DNA from: Alphaproteobacteria bacterium
GTDB lineage: Bacteria; Pseudomonadota; Alphaproteobacteria; UBA828
Length of the DNA stretch: 64,000 nucleotides
Direction: 5' to 3'
Assembly: GCA_963422645.2 (NCBI GenBank)
Contig: CAXXVO010000002.1
Coordinates: forward strand, 32,001 to 96,000
Made by a program: the position numbers and the translations under genes. Positions 1-9,236 of this stretch are shown in pieces. Below the pieces are notes generated by a model. That model was given only the letters and a program-made list of their open reading frames with translations. It made no database searches and had not been told where the DNA came from. Each line of letters opens with the position of its first letter. Positions within the stretch are counted from its first letter, which is position 1.

Positions 1-1247
1 CCCTGGCCCGGCGTATTCGAGTTGGGTACTAGACCTCGCACTGTCCCGGGGGCCGAGAGGCAATAGTGCCGTCCATGTCTCGCGGCGTTCCAGTCGGTCG
101 GTAGGGGACCGCACCTGTTCGAATAGTCCGCGATGAGACCCGTCCCTGGGTCCGTTGCGGCGACGGCCAGGGAATGTCCACGTAGCTCGGGAATGTAGTA
201 TGGGAGGTCTGCTCCCAAGCCGGAATAAGGTTGCCCCGAGTTGCCAGCGGCGTAAACAACTATGGTCTTTCGGGCATCGGGGGTTCCAACCTGCAAGACG
301 GCATTCAAGGTCTTCGGCAAGTGCCGCCGGTACCACTGCAATTCGGTGTTGATCTGTGAAGAGGTCACGTCCGGATCGAAGATCTCGACTCCATAAGACC
401 GATTGATAATGTCGAACTCGGCAAAGTCGTCTCGATAGTTGCTTGCGAGTAAATCATCCCACTGACCTCGCTCCGCGGTTGGCAGCAAGGTGATTGCCAA
501 TCGCAACCCCGCGCCTGCCAAGTTTTCCTCCACTTGGTCGTTCGAAAGATTCCTGGCAATCGGAATAATGGTTGCCTCAGGCGCGACACCGAGGTTCTTC
601 CCGGCCGCGAGGGACGCCACTATGGTCCCGTGGTTTCCTTGATCATACGGTGTCGGCACTTCCGACCATCTGACCAACCGTTCAAGTGCATTTTGTTCAC
701 TGTAATACTCGTCAACCACGAATACGGAATCGTCCCTCGTCGGCCAGCCATCCTCGCTCACGAGTTGCCGCACCCAACGGTTGCGCGCTTCAACGTCGCC
801 TTGGCTGTTACCCCGCCAAATTCCGCATGTAGTACTTATGCGGCACAGATCGATTTGACTGAACGGTTCATCACCGAGCGGATGCAAGTATGATAGTTTC
901 GCGCCGTCCGCATCGCGTAGCTTCACCCTGCTCCCGAATTCCGAACCTTGCGTGTAGTCGACGATGGTGTCTTCGATCCCGATCCTCACGCCTCTGCCCG
1001 TCAGACCCTTGGCATAGGCATGGTGCGCCCCAACCTGTTCGAGCACATCGGGCTGGTGAGTCGTGAAACGCGCCGTGCCGAGGTGATACGCCGGGTTGCC
1101 CGATGTTTGAGGTGGACGCGGGGTTCCAGGCTCGGGAGCAGGGCTTGTCATGGATGGGCCGGATCCGCCGCCACCGCCGCCGCAAGCAGCGAGCAGGAAA
1201 ACACCGATGGCGATCGTGACTGTCGCGATACATCTGATCTGGATCAT
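1..1247 (-). CDS. S8 (subtilisin-like) serine peptidase lipoprotein, running off the left edge
   Basis: Hand translation from ATG at 1247 stays open to base 1. Signal peptide and lipobox (GVFLLAAC-GGGGG), catalytic Asp (GRGVRIGIEDT), His (GNHGTIVASLAAG) and oxyanion Asn (VYAAGNSG). Catalytic Ser lies outside the window. Absent from the ORF track because there is no stop. Confidence 0.85.
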   Translation of the reverse strand, partial: MIQIRCIATVTIAIGVFLLAACGGGGGGSGPSMTSPAPEPGTPRPPQTSGNPAYHLGTARFTTHQPDVLEQVGAHHAYAKGLTGRGVRIGIEDTIVDYTQGSEFGSRVKLRDADGAKLSYLHPLGDEPFSQIDLCRISTTCGIWRGNSQGDVEARNRWVRQLVSEDGWPTRDDSVFVVDEYYSEQNALERLVRWSEVPTPYDQGNHGTIVASLAAGKNLGVAPEATIIPIARNLSNDQVEENLAGAGLRLAITLLPTAERGQWDDLLASNYRDDFAEFDIINRSYGVEIFDPDVTSSQINTELQWYRRHLPKTLNAVLQVGTPDARKTIVVYAAGNSGQPYSGLGADLPYYIPELRGHSLAVAATDPGTGLIADYSNRCGPLPTDWNAARHGRHYCLSAPGTVRGLVPNSNTPGQ

Positions 1248-1426
1248 GCGCTCCACCTCACTGGGACCGGCGCCGACTGGTGCCGGGCCGTTGCAGACAT
1301 CGCACGGGTTAAGTGAGAAGCCCCCACTTATTCGCCAAGCGTGGGGAGCGACCCCTCGCCGGATAGCAGGCTGTTGTATTCAGCGGGCGACCCGGGGCTT
1401 ATAGACTAGAGTAACCACGACTCCGA

Positions 1427-1588
1427 TCAGGTATTTTCGTCGTATTCGATCCTCACGTCGCACACGACGGCACGCAGGAGATCCTCGGGCGTGGTGTCGA
1501 TGCCGATGTCTTCCTCCATCTCCGCCTTGCTCGGCTGGTAGGAGGAGGGCTTGAGCCGGACCGCCGGCTTGTCCTTGATCGTCTCCAT
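1427..1588 (-). CDS. 53-aa passenger ORF inside the IS1595 (METIKDKPAVRLKPSSYQPSKAEMEEDIGIDTTPEDLLRAVVCDVRIEYDENT)
   Basis: Hand-translated ATG to TGA ORF between the transposase stop and the TIR, with host-like codon usage. Confidence 0.55.
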   Translation of the reverse strand: METIKDKPAVRLKPSSYQPSKAEMEEDIGIDTTPEDLLRAVVCDVRIEYDENT

Positions 1589-1612
1589 CCGGGTTCTCGC
1601 TTCCCCGTGCTG

Positions 1613-2578
1613 CTACGACGCGGTCAGGTCGGCATAGCTGATCCGCCGCCCGATCATGCCCCGTACGATATTCCCCATCTGGTCGAGCGTGTCGGCCTGC
1701 CGGTCGTTGTGCCGGCCCGCGAACTCCGTCACATAGCGATCCATGTGCTTCGGGCTGATCTTGTGGAATGTCCCCGTATGGGCTCGCTTGAGCATCGCCC
1801 AGAACGACTCGATGCCCTGCGTTCCCGCGTCGCCCCGCACATACTCGCCCTTCGAGTGGTTGACGCTCTCGTGATCGTGGAAGATCAACCCGAGCCAGGA
1901 CGCGTGCTCGTCGGTGTAGACCTTGGCGTCGGCGACGACCCGGTCCTCGACGAAGCTCTGGAGCGTCCAGCCGTCCATGCCCTCGACCACGGCCGCGCTC
2001 ACCTTGTTCGTCCGTCGATCCCTGGCGCCGGCGACGATGGTCTTGCCCGCGAGGGAACCGGCGCCCTTCATCGCCTCGCGCCTGGACTTCGGCATGTTCT
2101 TGCGCTTGCCGCCGATATAGGCCTCGTCGGCCTCGACCGGACCGGCGAACGGATCGCCGACCTCCTTCCACGCCTCGCGAATGCGGTGTGCGAGATACCA
2201 CGCGGACTTCTGGCCGATGCCCAGGTCGCGGTGGAGCTTCATCGACGAAACCCCCTTGAGGTTCGTCGCCACCAGGTAGATCGCGGCGAGCCATGTTCGA
2301 TAGCCGAGCGGCGAGCCCTGCATCACCGTCCCGGTCTTGAGCGAGAACATGCGCCGCTTCGGGCAGTCGCGGCACCGATGCGTCATGGTCGGATGCGCGA
2401 TGCCGCACTGGATATTGCGAGAGCCGCAGTGCGGGCAGTACGGCCCATCCGGCCAGCGCTCCGCCGTGAACCATGCCTCGGCCGCCTCGTCGGTCGGAAA
2501 CATCCGGAAGAGCCGGTCCAGAGACAGACCCTCGCGATATGACTTCCCCGGCCCCTTGCTCATCGATCCTGTCGCCAT
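1613..2578 (-). CDS. IS1595-family transposase
   Basis: Zn-ribbon CPHC...CRDC, HTH (GVSSMKLHRDL), catalytic VEADE, YTDE, TQGIESFW and EF..RHN motifs. Confidence 0.93.
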   Translation of the reverse strand: MATGSMSKGPGKSYREGLSLDRLFRMFPTDEAAEAWFTAERWPDGPYCPHCGSRNIQCGIAHPTMTHRCRDCPKRRMFSLKTGTVMQGSPLGYRTWLAAIYLVATNLKGVSSMKLHRDLGIGQKSAWYLAHRIREAWKEVGDPFAGPVEADEAYIGGKRKNMPKSRREAMKGAGSLAGKTIVAGARDRRTNKVSAAVVEGMDGWTLQSFVEDRVVADAKVYTDEHASWLGLIFHDHESVNHSKGEYVRGDAGTQGIESFWAMLKRAHTGTFHKISPKHMDRYVTEFAGRHNDRQADTLDQMGNIVRGMIGRRISYADLTAS

Positions 2579-2738
2579 CCTGTTACTCTATTGTAAATGA
2601 CGGGATCGCAACACAGAAGCCAGAATTGTTACTCTAGTCTATAAGCCCCGGCGACCCGACTCAGCGGGACCCGTTCGATGTCTGCAATATCGATTAGAGC
2701 ACAGCCGCCCCGACAGTGGTAGCTATTGCCTCAGGTAT

Positions 2739-4007
2739 CAGGGCGAATTTATTGTCCGCCCGTCGAGCAGGGTGAGCTGAAGTCGGGTCTGGCCATTCCG
2801 TTCTCGATGTGGCAGTGTGCCGCTCATGGCGACGCTGCCGGTCCCAGGTTCGTTCATTGATCTGCGCGCGGTCACGGTGCGCCCGACCTGGGGGGGCGCA
2901 GGAGCACCGGCGCTGGGACCGGTTGGTGGAGCAGCACCACTACCTGCGGTTCCACGGCGTCATCGGCAAGGGCCTGCGCCATGTCGCGGTGCATGGCGAG
3001 ACTTGGCTCGCACTGATCGGCTGGCAGCCCGGCGCGTTCAAGCTGGCCGCGCGCGATCGCTGGATCGGGTGGTCGGCGGAGCAGCAGTTCAAGCGCCTTC
3101 ATCTGATCGCCAACAACTCGCGCTTCGTCATCCTGACTGCGCACCGGGTTCCGAACCTGGCCTCGCGGGTGCTGGGGCTGAGCCTGCGGCGGCTGTCTGC
3201 GGATATGCAGGCGGTGCATGGATATCCGGTCTTTCTGGCGGAGACGTTCGTGGATGTCTCGCGATTTGCCGGCACCTGCTACCGCGCGGCCAACTGGCGC
3301 TCGCTGGGGCTGACGCGCGGCTTCGCCCGCGAGCCCGGCGGGGCGGCGCGCTGGCGCCACCACGGCCAGCCCAAGGAGGTCTTCGTGTTCGAACTGACCG
3401 ACGGCGCCGACTGTGCGCTGAGCCGGCCCGAGATGCCGGCACACTGGAACGCCGAGCAACACACCGAGCCGATGGCCGCGCCCCGGCTGCGCAGTCTGTT
3501 CGAGTGTCTGGGCGAGGTGCCCGAGTACCGCCACGCCCGAGGCAAGCGCTATCCGCTCAACACCATTCTGACGCTTGCCGTCGCCGCCCGGCTTGCCGGA
3601 TACCGGGGGGTGAACGCATTCGCCCAGTTCGCCGCCCTGCTCTCCCAGGAGCAGCTCGAGGCGGTGGGCGCCTTCTGGAGCCCTTCCAAACAGCGCTACA
3701 CCCCGCCCGCGATCACCACCTTCCACAACGTCCTTGCCGCGCTTCCGCCAGAGACCCTGGACGACGCCATCGGCCAGTGGACCGGACAGCATGGCAGCGC
3801 GCACGCGCCCGTCGCCATGGACGGAAAGGACCTGCGCGGCGCCTCGAAACAGACCGAGGACGGGCGCAGGATGATGGTCGCGGCGGTGGAGCATGACAGC
3901 GGCGTGGTCCTCGGCCAGGTCGAGGTCGACAGCAAGAGCAACGAAATCCCGGCCGTGCGCGAACTCTCCGGCAGTCTCGACCTCACCGGCCGCATCGTCA
4001 CCATGGA
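2739..4007 (+). pseudogene. ISAs1-family transposase with N-terminal DUF4338/DruA-like domain; frameshifted at a G7 run (2890-2896) and 3'-truncated
   Basis: HHYL, NNSRF.IL..NLASRVL, ETFVD..RF.GTCY.AANW (DUF4338), then ISAs1 motifs (RGKRYPL, DGK.LRG, KSNEIPA, IVTMD) that stop abruptly. CAGGGC-type left end at 2739. Confidence 0.8.
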
Positions 4008-4237
4008 TGGATGGATGCGGACGTGGCTGGAACCCTTGGCGCAAGCGAACCTGGGCGTCCCTCGGCGTCCACGCCGCGTGGCAGAGCGTCCGGTATCAAC
4101 GCAGGGGATCAGCGGACAACACCAGGGCCATCGGAGCAGAGGCGGTGTGATGACCGTAACCATCCGCCGAAGACCGCGGGGTATTTGGGGCTGAGTTTGA
4201 CGGCGGGCAGTGCCGGTTGAAGCGCAGGGGTCTCGGC

Positions 4238-5734
4238 CTATGCAGCCTGATCGTGCCGCTGGCTGTCTTGCCAGTTCCAGGGAAGGAGTTCTTCGAGCCG
4301 GGTCTGCGGCGTCTCCGCGATCCGGCCGAGCACGTCGGCGAGCCAGGCCTGCGGATCGACGTCGTTAGCTTGGCGGTGCCGATGAGGGTGTAGATCGCCG
4401 CCGCGCGCAGGCCGCCGCGGTCGGAGCCGCAGAACAGCCACGACTTTCGGCCCAAAGCGATACCCCTGAGCGCCCTCTCGGCGGCGTTGTTCGTCAGGCA
4501 GATCCGGCCGTCGTCGAGGAAGCGGGCGAACAGCTCCCAGCGCCGGAGCATGTAATCCATCGCCTTGGCCACGGGGGAATGGCGCGACAGCTTCCTGCGC
4601 TCGGCCTGCATCCAGTTCTTGAGATCGGCCAGCACCGGCGCGCTGAGCTCCTTGCGTACGGCAAGGCGATGTTCGGCGGAGTCGCCGACGATCCCGCGCT
4701 CGATGTCGAACAGCACGTCGATCCGCTTCACCGCCTCCAGCGCCGGCGGCGAGATCGGCGGCGCGGTCTTGCCCCGTCGCTTGCTCGTCGCGATGTCGGC
4801 GAGCTCGTAGAACTTCCTCCGTGAATGCGCCCAGCAAGCCCCGCCGATGATGGGCCCAGGCGATCTCCCGGCCACATAGAGGGCGTTGTAGCCGGCGTAG
4901 ATGTCGGCCTGGAGGATGCCGGCGAACGTCTTCAGGTGTTCGACCGGGTGATCGCCGGAACGGTCCCGCGAGTAGCGGAACAGCGCCGCCGGCGGGTCCG
5001 GGCCGCCGAACGGCCTGTCGTCGCGGACATAGACCCACGCCCGGCCGGTGGCGCACTTGCCCTTGGCCAGCACCGGCACCGGGGTGTCGTCGCCGTGCAC
5101 GCGCGCCGCCGCCATGACATGGGCCTCGATCAGATCATGCAGCGGCTTCAGCGCCACCGTGCAGGCGCCGACCTGGTCGGCCAGGGTCGACAGGCTGAGA
5201 TCGACGCCTTCGCGCGCGTAGCGGTCGCGTTGCCGGTTCAACGGCTGGTGCTGGCCATACTTCTCGAACAGGATCATCGCCAGCAGGTTGGGCCCCGCCC
5301 AGCCACGCGGCGTCGCATGAAACGGCGCCGGCGGCTGGCTGATCTTCTCGCAACGCCGGCAGGTGAACTTCTCGCGCACCGTCTGGATCACCTTCCACTG
5401 GCGCGGGACCGCCTCCAGCGTCTCGGTCACGTCCTCGCCGATCTTCGACAGCTTGTCCGAGCCGCAGCACGTGCAGGTCACAGGCCCCGGCACTACCACC
5501 CGCTCGCGCGGAAGATGCGCAGGCAAGGGCTTGCGGACCGGCTTGCGGCGGCTGAACCCCTTGACCCCGGTGGTCTCCGCCGCCGCCTGCTCGGCCGCAA
5601 GCTCGTCCTCGGTCGCGCTTGCCTCGAGCTCGTCGAGCTGGAGCTCCAGCTGGTCGAGAAGCCGCTGCTTGCGCTCCGAGCGCCAGCCATACATCTCGCG
5701 CCGCAGCTTCTCGATGGTAAGCTTGAGGAACGCG
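4238..5734 (-). pseudogene. tnpC: IS66 TnpC transposase, 5'-truncated and frameshifted near the C-terminus (about 4367)
   Basis: G.RSE, Zn-finger CTCCG/CRRCE, HGDDTP, QAD.YAGY, CWAHSRRKF, TNNAAER. The normal tail NDVDPQAWL lies in another frame. Confidence 0.88.
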
Positions 5735-6060
5735 TGTTGATGACGGTCTAAACCCGCGTTTATTCGCTTTTTTGGGGGCGCGTGATTTTGGTGGCGGCGT
5801 GGTTGACGGGTTTATGTTCCCGATGAATTGACCGCTTCTGTTGTTGCTGGACCTGTGGGGAAGTGGTCAGGCGCGGAGCGGCTGTCCACTTGTCCACAGG
5901 CCTCTTGCCGTCGCCCGCTTTTCCCAGCTTCGCCCAACTTCGTACACCTGACATCGAGATCGCCGGGGGTAGACTCGGACCGCTGAGAACGATGCGGCGC
6001 CGGCCCCGTTTGCTTGCCAGCAAGTGCCGACGCCGCACCCCGCGAGCCATGCCGTGCACG
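5735..6060 (-). mobile_element. Probable IS21-family right-end remnant
   Basis: TGTTGATG terminus falls exactly where tnpC is truncated. TGTGGACAAGTGGACAGC...CCACAGG hairpin-like subterminal sequence and a degenerate RRIVLSGPSL (IstB-tail-like). Confidence 0.4.
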
Positions 6061-6188
6061 GCTCAGATGCACAGTATCGTGCGGGATTTAGCGGGGGTCG
6101 AGCCCGTTATCATCGACCGCCGCGATGCAGAACCTCGGCCGCCTGTTCCACTGTCTGAACCGCTCCGGCTTTCCCGGAGGCTCCATCT

Positions 6189-6287
6189 TCAGACTTCCTG
6201 ACCTCGTGATGCTGGCTGTTCTGGGCAGCGTGCCGGGAACTCCTTGAATTCTGATACATTTCGGTTGTTTCAGGCGGTTTTTCGCTG
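6189..6287 (+). repeat. 99-bp exact copy of the IS left end at 34075-34173
   Basis: TCAGACTTCCTGACCTCGTG...GGTTTTTCGCTG is identical at both positions. Confidence 0.9.
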
Positions 6288-6569
6288 ATCTCGGGCCATC
6301 CGTCGGCGCTCTATGACGAGGTGCTGGCGGGATGGCGCCGGCTGGCGCTGCAGGTCACGACCCAGGGTCTGGTGCGAACCGAGGTCGTCTGGTTCAACTA
6401 CGCCCCCGACCGGATGCATTGGGCCAGCCACGCAGGCCGGAACTTCACCGACCGCCAGCGCATCAAGCGCAAGGCAGCCAACTGGGGCCGGCGCTACCAG
6501 GCCTTGCCGCCGGGCGAACGCCTCGCCGTGCTCGCCGCCATGATGGCCGTCGAGGCCGAAGACACGTGA
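6288..6569 (+). pseudogene. C-terminal remnant of a DNA adenine methylase-like gene
   Basis: ISGHPSALYDEVLAGWRR...RTEVVWFNY resembles the C-terminus of Dam/D12-class methylases. The 5' part is missing at the IS-end junction. Confidence 0.55.
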
Positions 6570-6571
6570 CG

Positions 6572-8104
6572 GTGTCGCACTGGCACGAAGACCTCGCCGC
6601 CCGTAACGAGGCCTTCTGCTGCCTGAAGGAGCTTCTCGAGCCATCATCCCTCGCAACCACTGTCGTCGTTGCCGTCCGGGAATGGGGGCAGGGGCTGCTG
6701 CGATCAGCCACCGCGCTCGCCCGGGAAAATGCCGCACTCGAGCAGGAGAACGCGGCCCTGCGCGAGCGCATCGCCGAACTCGAGCGCAGCGCGGCCCTCA
6801 ACAGCACCACAAGCAGCAAGCCCCCCGCCAGCGACGGGCTCAAGAAGAAAAGCGGAGCCCAGAGGCGCACCCAAAGCCAGCGCGGAAAGTCCGGCGGGCC
6901 CAGTGGCGGCCAGCCCGGCCACAAGGGAACCACCCTCGCGCGGAGCGACAGCCCGGACCGTGTCGTCGATCACCACCCCTCCACCTGTTCCGGCTGTGGC
7001 GTCGAGCTCTCGGACGCCGACCGGCAAGGCGCGCCCGCCTGTCGGCAGGTCTTCGACGTACCCGAGCCGCAGCCTCTCGAGGTCACCGAACACCGCGCCC
7101 ATCGCTGCCTCTGCGGCGCATGCGGCACGCTGACACGAGCCGCCTTCCCGCCGGGCGTCACCGCCCCGGTCCAGTACGGCCCTCGCATCACCGCTTGGGT
7201 GAGTTACCTGCTGTACGCCCAGTTCGTGCCCGAGAAGCGTCTGGCCGAACTCATGAGCGACATCTTCGCGGTGTCCATCTCCACTGCCACGATCGCCGCC
7301 ATGGGCCGGCGCACAGCGCAGCGCTTCGAGGGCTTCCTCGACCATGTCGCCGATCTGATCCGCACGCAGGCGCCGGTCAAGCACCTCGACGAGACCGGCC
7401 TGCGTATCGCCGCCCGTACCCGCTGGCTCCATGTGCTGTGCACCCCGTTGCTCACCGTCCTGCGCATCGGCGAGGGACGCGGCGATGTCGAAAAGAACCT
7501 GAAAGGCATCCTCGTCCACGACGACTTCGCCCCCTACTTCACCATCAAGGGCGTCCGCCACGGCGCCTGCAACGCACATCACCTGCGCGAACTCCAGGCC
7601 CTGATCGACATCGAGAAGGAGGAATGGGCGGCGAGCATGCACCGCCTGCTTCAGCGCGCGCGCAGGGCCGCCCGCTTCGCCCGTGAGAAAGACCGTCAAG
7701 TCCCCGCCTCCCTGGTGGCCCGCATCTCAAGGGCATGGGACCGTATCCTCGAAGAAGCCATCGCCTTCCATGAGGCCCAACCGCCGCTCCAGATCGCAAA
7801 GCGAGGGCGAAAGAAACGCCGCATCGGCCACAACCTCGCGCGCCGCCTTCAAAAGCATAAGGAGGGCTGCCTGCGCTTCCTCACCGACCTGCGCACGCCG
7901 TTCACGAATAACGAGGCGGAGCGTGACATCCGTATGAACAAAGTGCATGAGAAGATCTCAGGCGGCTTCCGCTCCCTGCAAGGCGCCTGCAACTTCGCCG
8001 GAATGCGCAGCGTCATCGTCACCGCTCGAAAGCAAGGCTGGAACATCCTGCAAATCCTGGCGCACCCGGAACCGATGCAGCTGATCCCTATACTGCGCTC
8101 CTGA
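6572..8104 (+). CDS. Single-ORF IS66-family transposase (ISBst12-like organisation); right TIR ends at 8269
   Basis: Coiled coil, NS..SSKPP.SD, GGQPGHKG, CSGCG/CLCGACG, HLDETG, VHDD, CNAHHLREL, FTNNEAERD. Terminus CCTGGGCAGTTAC at 8257-8269. Confidence 0.9.
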   Translation: MSHWHEDLAARNEAFCCLKELLEPSSLATTVVVAVREWGQGLLRSATALARENAALEQENAALRERIAELERSAALNSTTSSKPPASDGLKKKSGAQRRTQSQRGKSGGPSGGQPGHKGTTLARSDSPDRVVDHHPSTCSGCGVELSDADRQGAPACRQVFDVPEPQPLEVTEHRAHRCLCGACGTLTRAAFPPGVTAPVQYGPRITAWVSYLLYAQFVPEKRLAELMSDIFAVSISTATIAAMGRRTAQRFEGFLDHVADLIRTQAPVKHLDETGLRIAARTRWLHVLCTPLLTVLRIGEGRGDVEKNLKGILVHDDFAPYFTIKGVRHGACNAHHLRELQALIDIEKEEWAASMHRLLQRARRAARFAREKDRQVPASLVARISRAWDRILEEAIAFHEAQPPLQIAKRGRKKRRIGHNLARRLQKHKEGCLRFLTDLRTPFTNNEAERDIRMNKVHEKISGGFRSLQGACNFAGMRSVIVTARKQGWNILQILAHPEPMQLIPILRS

Positions 8105-8269
8105 ACTTCTCCGGCTCATCCTGAGTATCGCTGTCCTCTCATCTTGTTCGCGACGCGGCGTTCATCATCCTCTCGCGCTCAAGAGAGTAGGCACCCCCGC
8201 GGCGTGGGGGCGTTGACGCAAAAGGAACTGGCTTGTTCCATAAGAGAGAGGGGGTACCTGGGCAGTTAC

Positions 8270-8556
8270 AGGTAACCCAGCTGCGCCGCGCTGATCGACA
8301 CCGCGCCGCCCGACGTCGCCGGCCACTGGAACCGGCCGCGCTCAAGCCGCTTGGCGTAGAGCGACGTCCCGACCCCGTCACTCCAAAGAATCTTGACCAG
8401 GTCGCCTCTGCGTCCCCGAAAAATATAGAGATCGCCCGCATGCGGGTCGTGACCGAGATCCTCCTGGACCTGAAGCGCAAGCGTGTTCATGCCGCGCCGC
8501 ATGTCCGTCACCCCACTCGCCAGCCAGACACGAACCCCGCCCGGAACCGGGATCAT
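8270..8556 (-). pseudogene. tnpB: IS66 TnpB accessory protein, truncated by the single-ORF IS66
   Basis: MIPVP..VRVWLA.G.TDMRRG...KILW.DG.G..LYAKRLERGRF.WP, cut after AQLGYL. Confidence 0.9.
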
Positions 8557-8936
8557 CGCCGTGCCAGGACCGAAAGGACCCGCCCCAGCGCCGTGCCGTC
8601 CACCTCCCGGTCGACAATCACCCGTGCACCGTCCGCCAGCGCGATCTCCATCCGCCCCGCCGCCGGCACGGCGCCGGAACCGGCATCGGGCGGTGACGGC
8701 AGCAGGCGATCCGGCTCGACAACCACCGGCACGAAACCACCCCGCTCGCGAAACCGCCGCCGCCAGGTGAATACCAGGTTGGCGTTCACGTCGTTGCCCC
8801 GGGCCACCACCGAGACCGATACCCCGGGCCGGTAGCTCTCCGCGACGATCCGGCGCTTCTCCGCCTCGCTCCACCGACGCCGGGAGGTCGACGGCCTCGT
8901 CGCCAACCGCGGCGACTTCTCATCTACATCAGACAT
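8553..8936 (-). CDS. tnpA: IS66 TnpA HTH accessory protein
   Basis: RRRWSEAEKRRIVAES..PG.SVS.VAR...VNAN.VFTWRR. ATGA overlap with tnpB. Confidence 0.9.
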   Translation of the reverse strand: MSDVDEKSPRLATRPSTSRRRWSEAEKRRIVAESYRPGVSVSVVARGNDVNANLVFTWRRRFRERGGFVPVVVEPDRLLPSPPDAGSGAVPAAGRMEIALADGARVIVDREVDGTALGRVLSVLARR

Positions 8937-9236
8937 CTGCGATCGTGTCCATTATGGCCTTGGTGGACACCTCCAGGGTGTCCACTCCCAATCGGACAGC
9001 TTCACTCGATCACACTAGACCCGGTAGGCGGCCCACGCCGGAGGCTTACGGAGATCGTCCAAGGACGCCACGTGCGCCAGCAACCGTGAGAACACGCCAT
9101 CCGCCAGATCGACCATCGGTTGCTACCGACGCCGTACCTTCTCCGAGATGGACCGGTTGCACTGATATTGGCTTGTCAGTCACCGGCATGGCGACTTCAC
9201 ATGGTGACCTTCCATCCTGAGCAGGGTGGCTGATCG

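Larger units (their letters stand above)
1394..2649 (-). mobile_element. IS1595-family insertion sequence, complete
   Basis: Perfect 22-bp TIRs GGGGCTTATAGACTAGAGTAAC (1394-1415 and 2628-2649) and 8-bp target duplication GGCGACCC (1386-1393, 2650-2657). Confidence 0.95.
4156..9049 (-). mobile_element. Three-gene IS66 element (tnpA/tnpB/tnpC) broken by nested insertions
   Basis: Related termini GTAACCATCCGCCG (4156) and reverse-complement GTAAGCCTCCGGCG (ending 9049) bracket tnpC and tnpA/B. No matching target duplication, so the two ends may come from different copies. Confidence 0.7.

Noticed and set aside
8270-8556. TnpB as an RNA-guided nuclease
   Set aside because: This is the short IS66 accessory TnpB, unrelated to IS200/IS605 TnpB. 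No RuvC motifs.
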